The notes below the pieces were generated by a model. The model was not told where the DNA came from. It ran no database searches and saw only the letters and a list, made by a program, of their open reading frames with translations. Both the position numbers and the translations under genes were made by a program. Positions 48,097 to 57,585 of a DNA stretch of 64,000 nucleotides are shown piece after piece. Position 1 is the stretch's first letter, and each line of letters begins with the position of its first letter. Origin of the DNA: Armatimonadota bacterium. GTDB taxonomy: Bacteria; Armatimonadota; Fimbriimonadia; Fimbriimonadales; Fimbriimonadaceae. The stretch is taken from assembly GCA_031400935.1 (NCBI GenBank), contig JANNQV010000017.1, positions 62,001-126,000 on the forward strand, written 5' to 3'.

Positions 48097-51000
48097 AAAA
48101 ATGAAATCATCGTTCTTAAAATCTGTTTTGCCGATTGCAGTCGGCATTGCCGCTGTTCTTGGCGTAATGAGCCATGGAATCACCAAAGAAGTCCCACTCG
48201 GAGGGATTGTTGGCATCGTGACAATGAAGGAAAATGGCCGCGCATTGCCTCATGCCTTTGTCGAGTTAAGGCCGATCTTTCTCTACGCACCAATGCTTGA
48301 TGACAAGATGCAATCACCACAAGGTGGAACGCAAAACTGGAACGAGACCGATGAGCGCCGCGATCATTTGCGATTTGAAGCTGATCAGAAGGGTCACTAC
48401 TCTCTTCGCGATGTTCAGGCAGGCGATTACGAAATTTCAGTTACGACCGCAGCCCACAGAATGGAAAGCCAGTACATTCATATTGACGAAGGCAAGCCGC
48501 AAAACTTTGACATTGAGCTCGAACCCGTGAACGATTATCTGAATTTGATTTGCAATCAGCACGCTTACATGCCATCCGAATCTGTCGAGTTTTATCTAGC
48601 CGGTTTTGGAAAAACAGATAAGGCCAAGATTAGTGTCTACCGACTTGACAAAAACAAGGTCCTTGCTGCGGAAAGCATTGCCGGGGCGCTTTCGCCAATT
48701 TCATCGTCCACGTATCGAGACCGCACAGAGGAACCAAGTTCGCAAGGAGAATTGGTCACCAAATTGGAGCCAGGCATCGAGTCTCGCGACTTTGAAGGCA
48801 TTTTCAATGAAGCCATCAAACTTCCTTCACTCAAACAAGGCACTTATTTGGTTCAATGCAAATATGGCGATCTAGAAAGATCAACATGGATCAGCGTTAC
48901 TGATTTGGCTCTGGTCAGCAAAGAGGCGAATGGCGATCTTCAGATTTTTGCCACGAATCTAAAGTCTGGAGCGCCGGTATCTAACGTTTCGATTGGCTAT
49001 GCGCTGAACGGCAAATTCCGAAAGGTCGCTTCAACGGATTCAAGCGGCATTGCCAAATTCCATGTGGATGCAAATGTAAAGAAAAATGGTGTGCTGATGG
49101 GGCAATCTAGCGATTCAATCGCCTTTGTCAACCTGCAGGTTTCTAAGCCTGCAACAACTGAAACCGTCGGGTTTATCTACACAGATCGTCCGATTTATCG
49201 TCCTGGCGACACCGTCAGTTTCAAGGGAATCTTTAGGGAACTTGATAAAAGCGCCTACCGACTTACAACTAAGACAACTGCTCAAATCGAGATTCGTGAC
49301 GCAGACGATACTTTAATTGACAAACGAACTTTGCCAATTTCCAACAAGGGCGTCATTTTCGGCAAAGTTGACATCTACAAAGAATCAAATCCGGGAGAGT
49401 TTCGAATTCGAGCGTTCGTCGGCGACGACGAATTTTCCCATTCATTTTCCGTTGCTGCATATCGCAAGCCAGAATTTTCGATCAAAGTTGAGCCCGCGAC
49501 TAAATTTGTTCTTCGTGGAGACACTGCTGAAGTCGTTGTTCAATGCGAATACTTCTTTGGCGGCCCAGTTCAAAACGCGGAAGTTACGGCGACGATTTAT
49601 CGGTCGCCGATTTGGTCTTACGGGCCTTCCGCCGAAGATGAGGAAGGATCAGAAAATTACGATGGCGGAGGATACGGCGGCGAATACTTTACAGAAGTCG
49701 AGGCCAAAACTGACAGTTCTGGTCGCGCGATATTGAGATTTCCAACGGTTCAAATCGAGGAACAAAACGCAGAACCACGAAGTAATGATGAGAATTTTCA
49801 GGTCGCAGTTAGCGTCACAGATGGTAGCGGGAAGTACTTCGACGGAGAAGGCTCTGTTCGCGTGATTCGAAGCTTATCGGCTGCCCGAATTCAGACGGAC
49901 GCATACGTTGTCAAAGCCGGCGATCCGTTCGATTTTTCGATTCAATCGTACAGTTCCATAGACGACAAGACAAAGGGCGGCCAAAAAGTCGAGGTCGAGG
50001 CTGGCTATAACGTTTGGGAAGGTAAGAAATCGAATTTTCGGGCTTTCTCAAGGCAAACGGTAACGACAGACAATGATGGCAAATGGGTATTTTCCGTGAC
50101 CCCAAACAGAGGTGGCCAGCTTGAGCTTCGTTGCAAAGTTACAGACGAAAACGGACGAAAGTCCTTTGATTCGACCTATGTTTGGGTAGATAAACTAGGC
50201 GACATCTATGGCGACAATTCTGCAAGCGAAGCGGAATGGAGTATAAAGCTCGACAAACGAAGCTACAAAGCTGGAGACAAAGCAAAGCTAGTGATTCAAT
50301 CTGCCTCACCTGGGGAATCAGCGTGGGTAACCGTGGAAGCCGACAAAATTTATCACTCGGAAGTTGTAAAACTCGAACCGAGCGTGACTGTGATTGAGCT
50401 ACCCGTAAAAGCCGAGTACCTTCCTTCCGCATACGTCCATGTGACATTTGTGAAGGATAAGAAGCTGTTTTTCCGAGAACGAAGGCTGACAGTGGATCTA
50501 GGCGCGAAGGCTTTGAATGTAAAAATCCAGAGCGACAAGCCAACTTACAATCCTGGCGAAACGGCAACTTATTCGATTCAGACAAAAGATGAGAAGGGCA
50601 ATCCTATGCCATCTGAAGTCTCGTTTGGTTTGGTAGATGAGTCCATTTACGCGATTCAAAAGGACGGAACGAACATCGAATCGGCGTTCTATCCCATCCG
50701 GTACAACGAAGTTCGTACTGGATATTCGTTTGAAGAAATCTATTTGGACGGCGGTGACAAAGCACCGAAAAACATTGAAATTCGAAGGCGGTTCAAGGAC
50801 ACCGCCGATTGGCAGCCCTCCATTCAAACCGACGCCCAAGGCCGCGCCCAATTGTCCGTAAAGTTGCCAGACAATTTGACATCGTGGAGAGCAACTGTTG
50901 TTGCTATATCAGACGACACTTCGGTCGGTCAAACCACGTTGAACGTGAAGGCACGAAAACAGCTGATGGTTCGATTGGAAGCACCGGCTTACTTTGTCGA

Positions 51001-52912
51001 AACCGACAAGCAAAGACTAGCCGCTTTAGTGACCAACGACTCTGGAAAAGATGCCGATGTCAATCTCGAAATCTCCGCAATTTCGCTAAAGATGAACGGC
51101 GAATTGAAGCAAAAAAGGCGAATCGCGAATGGAGCAACCGAAACATTCGAATGGGAAGTCGAAGCCAACGTAACGGGAGAGGCCGTTGTAACTGCCAAAA
51201 CTTGGATTGACGCGAACATCAATGACGGAGTCGAATTGCGAATTCCAGTTCAGCCTCACGGCAGGTTGTATACCGAATCTACTGCAGGGACGATTGGCAA
51301 AGAAACGCGCCTAAAGTTCGTAGTCAGGGACAATGCGGACCAGAATTCTGGTCGCTTGAGATTGACGATTACGCCAACTCTGGCGGGCAATTTAGTGAGT
51401 TCGCTCGATGAACTGATTGACTACCCTTATGGTTGCGTCGAGCAAACAATGAGCCGGTTCTTGCCGACTGTAATTGTTTCGCAAGCTGTTTCAAAAGCAG
51501 GATTGCCATGGCCAAAACGTTCGGCCGAGATTCCAGAAATGGTGGCAGAAGGCCTGGCCCGGCTCAAAAAAATGCAGCATGCTGATGGTGGTTGGGGCTG
51601 GTGGGAATATGACGACACTGACGAGTTCATGACTGGCTATGTTTTGGAAGGGCTGGCCATTGCCAAAGATTCCGGGTTCGAAGTGAATCAGTACATGATT
51701 GACAATGCGCTCAAATACTGCGAGGACCAGCTCAAGGAGCATGTAAGTGTTCGATGGGAGGCCAAAATCAAGGACCTTCAATCAGAGACTTTGCGGTACA
51801 CGGCTCAAATTCGCAAAGAAGCGATTGCGGCAAGGATCCAACACGTTTACGGATTAGTTCGTTTTGGAAAGTTGAAAGGGAAAACCGACGCTTTTGACGG
51901 CCTTGAACCTGAGGATGATCAAATTGGCGCAATCGCAACTCTCGCACTTGCTCACAATTTACGAGGCGACAAAGTAAGCGCGCAACTATGGTTTTCCAGA
52001 TTGAAGTCGCTTGCAAACGAGTCCCAGGGACTTGTCTATTGGAATGAAAATTACGGTGTCGAAGAGACTGCCCGCGCTATGCTCGCTTATCTCAGATTTA
52101 CGCCTGACGATCCCGCAATTTCAAAAATCAGCCGATATCTCTTGACCAAAAAGCGCGGGGATTCTTGGTGGAGTACACGCGACACTTCGGCGGCGCTCAT
52201 CGCTTTGACAGGCTATTTGGAACGAACTCGCGAGATTGGAACAACAGGGCAAATGACCGTTTCGGTCAACGGCGAGAGTGTGAAAACTTTCGACTTCAAT
52301 CCAGCTACCGTCTTCGAGCCCGATCAGTGGATCGAAGTTCCTATTTCAAAGCTGAAGCCAGGCTCAAATGAAATCACGTTGACCAGTTCTTCAGGCACTG
52401 GCTATTACGCAACCGATCTAAGACAATATGTCAGACAAGAAAGTTTAGGCGCCTTACTTCTCAAAGACGATTTGAAGGTCGAAAGGAAATACTACAAGCT
52501 CGGAACGACAAAGCTCGAAAACGGACAACTAACACTAATGCCCGGAGAAACTGCCATCAACGATGCCGAAGCAGGGCAGATGGTGAAAGTTGTTTTGACC
52601 ATTGAAACGAAATCCTATCGGCAGTTCGTGATGGTAGAGGACCCAATCCCCAGCAATTGCCGCATCAACGATCGAGGCGATCCAGGAAGCTTTGACGATT
52701 GGGGCTGGTGGTGGGCGCAAACGGTCGTGCGAGACGACCGCGCGGCGTTCTTTATTACTTCGTTGCCTCCAGGAATACATCGGTTGACATACGTTATGCG
52801 AGCGGAGAATCCGGGAATTGGCCATGCGATGCCGACGGTTGTGTCAAATATGTACGATCCAGATTCTCGGGCTTCTTCTGCTGAGACCTTCCTGAAGGTG
52901 GAGAAGAAGTGA
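48086..52912 (+). CDS. Bacterial alpha-2-macroglobulin
   Basis: YTDRPIYRPGD (MG2), YRKPEF, LPDNLTSWR, thioester YPYGCVEQ, DGGWGWW. Confidence 0.95.
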   Translation: MERKKMKSSFLKSVLPIAVGIAAVLGVMSHGITKEVPLGGIVGIVTMKENGRALPHAFVELRPIFLYAPMLDDKMQSPQGGTQNWNETDERRDHLRFEADQKGHYSLRDVQAGDYEISVTTAAHRMESQYIHIDEGKPQNFDIELEPVNDYLNLICNQHAYMPSESVEFYLAGFGKTDKAKISVYRLDKNKVLAAESIAGALSPISSSTYRDRTEEPSSQGELVTKLEPGIESRDFEGIFNEAIKLPSLKQGTYLVQCKYGDLERSTWISVTDLALVSKEANGDLQIFATNLKSGAPVSNVSIGYALNGKFRKVASTDSSGIAKFHVDANVKKNGVLMGQSSDSIAFVNLQVSKPATTETVGFIYTDRPIYRPGDTVSFKGIFRELDKSAYRLTTKTTAQIEIRDADDTLIDKRTLPISNKGVIFGKVDIYKESNPGEFRIRAFVGDDEFSHSFSVAAYRKPEFSIKVEPATKFVLRGDTAEVVVQCEYFFGGPVQNAEVTATIYRSPIWSYGPSAEDEEGSENYDGGGYGGEYFTEVEAKTDSSGRAILRFPTVQIEEQNAEPRSNDENFQVAVSVTDGSGKYFDGEGSVRVIRSLSAARIQTDAYVVKAGDPFDFSIQSYSSIDDKTKGGQKVEVEAGYNVWEGKKSNFRAFSRQTVTTDNDGKWVFSVTPNRGGQLELRCKVTDENGRKSFDSTYVWVDKLGDIYGDNSASEAEWSIKLDKRSYKAGDKAKLVIQSASPGESAWVTVEADKIYHSEVVKLEPSVTVIELPVKAEYLPSAYVHVTFVKDKKLFFRERRLTVDLGAKALNVKIQSDKPTYNPGETATYSIQTKDEKGNPMPSEVSFGLVDESIYAIQKDGTNIESAFYPIRYNEVRTGYSFEEIYLDGGDKAPKNIEIRRRFKDTADWQPSIQTDAQGRAQLSVKLPDNLTSWRATVVAISDDTSVGQTTLNVKARKQLMVRLEAPAYFVETDKQRLAALVTNDSGKDADVNLEISAISLKMNGELKQKRRIANGATETFEWEVEANVTGEAVVTAKTWIDANINDGVELRIPVQPHGRLYTESTAGTIGKETRLKFVVRDNADQNSGRLRLTITPTLAGNLVSSLDELIDYPYGCVEQTMSRFLPTVIVSQAVSKAGLPWPKRSAEIPEMVAEGLARLKKMQHADGGWGWWEYDDTDEFMTGYVLEGLAIAKDSGFEVNQYMIDNALKYCEDQLKEHVSVRWEAKIKDLQSETLRYTAQIRKEAIAARIQHVYGLVRFGKLKGKTDAFDGLEPEDDQIGAIATLALAHNLRGDKVSAQLWFSRLKSLANESQGLVYWNENYGVEETARAMLAYLRFTPDDPAISKISRYLLTKKRGDSWWSTRDTSAALIALTGYLERTREIGTTGQMTVSVNGESVKTFDFNPATVFEPDQWIEVPISKLKPGSNEITLTSSSGTGYYATDLRQYVRQESLGALLLKDDLKVERKYYKLGTTKLENGQLTLMPGETAINDAEAGQMVKVVLTIETKSYRQFVMVEDPIPSNCRINDRGDPGSFDDWGWWWAQTVVRDDRAAFFITSLPPGIHRLTYVMRAENPGIGHAMPTVVSNMYDPDSRASSAETFLKVEKK

Positions 52913-53643
52913 AGCTACCTGGCGTTGCAGCAGGAGCCTTACTTCTTGCAGGAGGCGCATTGCTCCTTTCTCAAAACCCGCGCGAAGTTTGCCTCGGCGA
53001 CTTTTCGACATCTCTGAAAGGCAGAACAAAGAATCAAACGCACAACGCGATTCTGTCAATGTCTAAACTGAGGAAGGTCAAGGTCGCTCCTGGTGAGTCA
53101 ATTTCCTTCAACAAAGTTGTGGGGACATACACAGTAGATGCGGGCTACAGAAAGGCACCTGTGAGCTACAACGGAACGCTTTTGGACGGTTGGGGCGGAG
53201 GAGTTTGCCAGACTTCGACAACGGTCTACAACGCCGCTCTTCTTTCGGGAATGGAAATTGTGAAAAGGGGGAGACATCGCTTCGCGCCCCTATATGCCCC
53301 GCCAGGAAGAGACGCAGCCGTGGCGTATCCGTACATTGATTTAGTCATCCGCAATCCGTTTCCTCATACCGTGGAGCTTAGGGGTAATTGGAGCCATTCG
53401 CGATTAGAAGCCGGGTTTTTCGCCGAAAAGCGATCCGGACTCAAGCCACAAATCGAGACACACATCGTGGATCAGCAGAATCCGAGCAGCTTAGTTTTGG
53501 CATCTGTGGGCAATACGGGAAGGCTGCGGAATTCCGGAAAGAAGGCATTTGAAGTGATTACCTATCGGATTACGGGAAATGTAAGAGAACGAATCTCGCA
53601 TGACTCCTATCCGGCAATGCATCGGTATGTTGAGTATCGGTAG
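52909..53643 (+). CDS. VanW family protein
   Basis: SFNKVVG, GGGVCQTSTTVYNA, PGRDAAV. Confidence 0.92.
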   Translation: MKLPGVAAGALLLAGGALLLSQNPREVCLGDFSTSLKGRTKNQTHNAILSMSKLRKVKVAPGESISFNKVVGTYTVDAGYRKAPVSYNGTLLDGWGGGVCQTSTTVYNAALLSGMEIVKRGRHRFAPLYAPPGRDAAVAYPYIDLVIRNPFPHTVELRGNWSHSRLEAGFFAEKRSGLKPQIETHIVDQQNPSSLVLASVGNTGRLRNSGKKAFEVITYRITGNVRERISHDSYPAMHRYVEYR

Positions 53644-53698
53644 GGTTTGGGATTTGGAAAACTCATTTTCAGATTGGAACTAGATTACGAAACCAGTT

Positions 53699-54136
53699 AT
53701 GTTCAAGGTGATTCTAACAGCTTCATGGGTACTAACCGTTGCTGCAGTGTTCTTGAACTCAACCCTTGAACACACGTTACCTGTTGGTGTTCGTGAGTAC
53801 GTTACTCAGCGAGAATCACTAGATACGACGGTGACCGACACTATCTTTCTAGTCGTTGGTGCCCCTTTGGCCTTTGGGATGATTGCAAGCTACGTCGGAC
53901 ATTACTTCTGGAGACGATGGGCTAGAACCTTGTTTCTCTGGACACTTCCTCCTATCTATCTTTTAACACTCCTTGACCTTGGGCCTGTCATCGATATAGG
54001 AATTGCAAGTTGGCTCGGCGAATTTACCTGTCTCTTGGATGGCGTCCTAATTGCGGCATTATTCTGGATTGAGCCGATTCGAATGAGATTTGATGCGCCA
54101 GCAGAAACTGTGTTGCAAACTGAAATAACCGATTGA
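53699..54136 (+). CDS. Hypothetical membrane protein
   Basis: Four hydrophobic segments. Confidence 0.65.
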   Translation: MFKVILTASWVLTVAAVFLNSTLEHTLPVGVREYVTQRESLDTTVTDTIFLVVGAPLAFGMIASYVGHYFWRRWARTLFLWTLPPIYLLTLLDLGPVIDIGIASWLGEFTCLLDGVLIAALFWIEPIRMRFDAPAETVLQTEITD

Positions 54137-54260
54137 GGGCACTTTTGAGGGATCACCTTCTGCACATGAAATGTGCCAGCCTGCTGAACAAAATACGTGA
54201 GACTAACTTCGATGCAGACCCTCCATCCCCAACCCCATGCCTCCCAGGGGAGGAAGGGGC

Positions 54261-54878
54261 TCATTGCCCTTCCGCAATCGCCTTAAGCCGATTCAAGGCA
54301 TCCGTCCACGCATTTCGCAAGCCATCGGCCTCGCCTCGGGTTTGAATACGCGAGGTCATCACATTCATCAATGTTTTGCCCTTGGCGTCTTGAAACATTA
54401 CGTCCACCGTCATTGGGGCCGTGCATCCGGGATGCTCCCAAGTGAACCGAAGGTCTTTGTTAGGGCGCACTCGAAGGAACGTGCCCTTGCAACCGCCATC
54501 GCAGCTTAGAGTTCCCCCTTCATCTACTTTTTGTTTGCCGTTGTCGCCGAACATTTCTGCGAACTTGGCTGGGTCAGTCCAAACGGAATAGGTCTTTTCA
54601 ACTGGAGCAGAAATAGTCTTCGTAACGCAAATCGAGTAGCCCTCTTGCAGGCCGTCCTTCTTCACGATTCCTTTGTGCTTTTCATATTCGACATAGATTG
54701 TCGGCGGCCACCAGATATGAGCAAATTGTGAGTTAATGTGCTGACAAGAATCTCGCCTTCCTAATTTCAAACCATCAACCTTGTCTAGCTCCGCAAACCA
54801 CTCGGTTAACGATTTTCCAGTTGCAGCCTTGCAAGATGCCTCCGAGACTTCAAAGTCTGGTGTGTTTGTAACTTTCAT
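54261..54878 (-). CDS. DUF4287-like + SRPBCC (AHSA1) domain protein
   Basis: ATGKSLTEW N-domain; KTISAPVEK.Y..WTD..LRFTW..W..AL..LK. Confidence 0.75.
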   Translation of the reverse strand: MKVTNTPDFEVSEASCKAATGKSLTEWFAELDKVDGLKLGRRDSCQHINSQFAHIWWPPTIYVEYEKHKGIVKKDGLQEGYSICVTKTISAPVEKTYSVWTDPAKFAEMFGDNGKQKVDEGGTLSCDGGCKGTFLRVRPNKDLRFTWEHPGCTAPMTVDVMFQDAKGKTLMNVMTSRIQTRGEADGLRNAWTDALNRLKAIAEGQ

Positions 54879-54909
54879 TGTTCAAATTGTACGAGATTGG
54901 AGGAGGGGG

Positions 54910-55155
54910 ATGTTAGCGGTTAGCGGTTGGCAGTTGGCAGTTGGCAGTAAGAAGTTGGTGGCAAGCAGTTGGAAGTAAGCGGTTGGCGGTCGCCGAGACT
55001 TGGATTAGGCAACTGGCCATTTGCCATCCATGGGCCAGCCACTTGCCGAGCACTTGCAAACAACATGCCGACTACCTGCAAACTGCTAACCGCTTACCGC
55101 CAACTGCCGGCTATATGCCGACCAACTGCTTACCGCCAACTGCCATCCGCTAACT
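54910..55155. repeat. Inverted arrays of heptamer repeats
   Basis: gttggca/gttagcg units followed by ccaactg/ctaaccg units. Confidence 0.8.
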
Positions 55156-55160
55156 TCCCC

Positions 55161-55703
55161 CTACCAACTCGCCAATTCAGCGCAATACTTCCGAATATCT
55201 TCGGCATACGACGGCGGCGGGGTGGCAGATTCGCTCAATGCATATCGCAAGATCGCAATTTGCCCCGCGTGATACGAATCGTGATGAGTCATCATCCGAA
55301 TGATCTTCCAGGTCGGCCAAAGCTCTCCGCTGAAATGTGGAACAGAGATTTCTAAATCGGTGTCTTTCAAATGCGACCAGGTTCCCATAAAGTATTCGTG
55401 GGCCTCGTTCAAATGCTGAATTCCACTGTTCCAATCAGGTTCGAAGCTCGCAATATGATCGGCGCATTCGCGCCAGCGAACTTCTGTATCACGAAAAGCG
55501 ATGCTCCCGTACATGATTTTGCAGCTCGCAACATGTAGCAAGATTCCTTGAATTGATCCGTCGGTGTGCAAATATTCGGCTTCAGGGTTCGCCCCAGGCA
55601 TCGTCGCCCAGGCAAGCCCTTCGCTCAATCCTTCGATTACGAGGAGAAGTTCGTGGAAGGCAAGGTCTGATTCTTGAATGAGAAGGTCAATGGTCGTCAT
55701 CAT
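55161..55703 (-). CDS. DinB family protein
   Basis: SI.GILLHVA, HDSYHAGQI. Confidence 0.88.
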   Translation of the reverse strand: MMTTIDLLIQESDLAFHELLLVIEGLSEGLAWATMPGANPEAEYLHTDGSIQGILLHVASCKIMYGSIAFRDTEVRWRECADHIASFEPDWNSGIQHLNEAHEYFMGTWSHLKDTDLEISVPHFSGELWPTWKIIRMMTHHDSYHAGQIAILRYALSESATPPPSYAEDIRKYCAELASW

Positions 55704-55851
55704 TGGGGTTTGATTTTACTTTTGTGACGGTGCAAAAAAATGCATGAGGATGACAAACTCATTACTAGGATTTTGAGAATTGCAGGTTCTTACTGCTATG
55801 AATCGTGATATGATAGTTAGGAAGTGCCGCATAAGGCGTTGTCGAGTTGCT

Positions 55852-56859
55852 ATGAAAGGGTTTATAAGTGCAGTTTTGTTATCCGGCCTCTCGGCTTCGG
55901 CCCTTTGCCAGATTCGCGCCGCATCGAATTTCAACTCAAGCCTCGAAGGCTGGGTAGGCGATACCTGAAACCACGGATATTCCTGGCAGGAGCTAGGAGG
56001 TAGTCCCGATGGTTGGATGAAATGGGTAGAGCCGTGCGGTTCAACTTTCGTCCTTGCGCCGCCTCCATTTCGAGGCGATTGGCGAGATATGAGCGGAGAC
56101 GGTGCTATTGATTTCGAATTTTCGGTTTTAGGTATCGAGCCTGGCCCGAATCCGTTTGAAGTTGTTGCCAGCGGACCTGGCGGTTCGATGAGATGGACGA
56201 CTGCGAATCCGAACACTTTGTTGCCGTGGACACATTTTAGAATTCCCATTCGGCCAACGTCGTGGAACGTAACAAGCGGAGATTTCGCGAGTATTTTAGC
56301 AAACGTTACTGACTTTAAGATTAGGGTTCGAATCTTTAGCGATGAGGGCTGGGGAACTGCAATTGGCATTGACAGCGTCATGCAAAGTGTCCAAGCAAGT
56401 CACCTAATGCCGGCCACCTATGCTGTGCAACAAGGTATTTACTTTGGAGGCAATTTAGGGAGTCTGTTATTTAGCGATAATGACCCGCTTTATGTTCTTT
56501 GTGACGAATTTGATGCTAACAGCCAAGTCGAATTTACAACGACTTCCCCGTTTTTGAATCCAGCAAGTCTGAAGTTCGTGACGGAGACTGGCTCAAGCAG
56601 AAACGATCAAGTAGAGATGCCTCAACTGTTCGACTTCAATGCATCAACTTGGGTGTTAGTTGGCGGCGGAATGTCAACTATAGTTGACACTCGAAGAACG
56701 GGTGCTGCAACGGGCGATTTAAGTCGTTTTGTTCGTGATTCTGACAGTCTTATTCGATATCGGATCACCGATATTCCGACCGCGGACATTGCAAACATAG
56801 ACGGTTGGACGGTAAGAATTGATCAGGTTGACATTCGGATCGCCAATCAACGTGACTAG
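55852..56859 (+). CDS. Secreted laminin-B-like domain protein with in-frame TGA at codon 39 (candidate selenoprotein or pseudogene)
   Basis: The signal-peptide ORF and ORF 56017-56859 are in frame across TGA 55966-55968; SNF...LEGW..W...GG.PDG...APP.F.GD pattern continues through the stop. Confidence 0.65.
55971..56012 (+). promoter_or_regulatory. Candidate SECIS element
   Basis: tcctggc-AGGA-gctagga apical stem with extendable lower stem; loop 19 nt after the TGA. Confidence 0.5.
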
Positions 56860-57455
56860 TCATTGTTGGGCGGCTTCAGCCAAGGTATTGGTTTCAGCTC
56901 AATCTTCTTGATCGATTGAAGGAGGTCCAGCACTTTTTCAGATCGCTTCTGTCCGACTTGAGCGTGAAAATGAAGTGTGAATCCGTGCGGCCCTTTTGCG
57001 TCAATCAAGTTAGGCTGAAGAGTTAGGAACGATTTCACAGCTTCTACCTGCCCCATCATTGCTGCGCAAAAAATATCTATCCGAGCACCCTTTTCCAGTA
57101 AGAATTCAACGATGTCGTGCCTTCCCATGTGAGATGCACCGCCGAGCCCGCATTCCCAATCTCCGTTCCCCCAATCCATCGCCGCATTCAACAAGGCTGG
57201 TTCGCGTTCGAGAAGCTTTTTTACCATCTCAAAATCCGAATGGGCGAAAATCACAAAGTCGGACACCATGCTACGATTCAGTTGCTTGTTACGCCACTTT
57301 GGAGTGAATCCAGGCGGATCATATTCTCTCTTGAAATCAGCTTCTGTTGGACCTGCTTGCGTTGCCTGTCCTGCCAATGCAATAGCTGCTGGGCCGCTCA
57401 ATAGAACCGCCGAACCGGTTGCTAAGACCCGTCTTCGTGAAATTGAATCAGACAT
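56856..57455 (-). CDS. Tat-exported ankyrin-repeat protein
   Basis: SRRRVL Tat motif; GGASHMG...VEFLLEKGA. Confidence 0.85.
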   Translation of the reverse strand: MSDSISRRRVLATGSAVLLSGPAAIALAGQATQAGPTEADFKREYDPPGFTPKWRNKQLNRSMVSDFVIFAHSDFEMVKKLLEREPALLNAAMDWGNGDWECGLGGASHMGRHDIVEFLLEKGARIDIFCAAMMGQVEAVKSFLTLQPNLIDAKGPHGFTLHFHAQVGQKRSEKVLDLLQSIKKIELKPIPWLKPPNND

Positions 57456-57531
57456 TTTGAATTTTCCTCTTTGTTGGTGAGACTCAACACCTTACGTATT
57501 ATGAGTCAAGAATCCTCACCAAGATAAATAA

Positions 57532-57563
57532 AGAAGCCCGATGGAAAATTCCACCGGGCTTCT
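57532..57563 (-). terminator. Intrinsic terminator
   Basis: agaagcccg...cgggcttct hairpin with T-rich tail, downstream of the surface lipoprotein gene. Confidence 0.75.
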
Positions 57564-57585
57564 ATTTTCTCGATGAACCGTTGAA

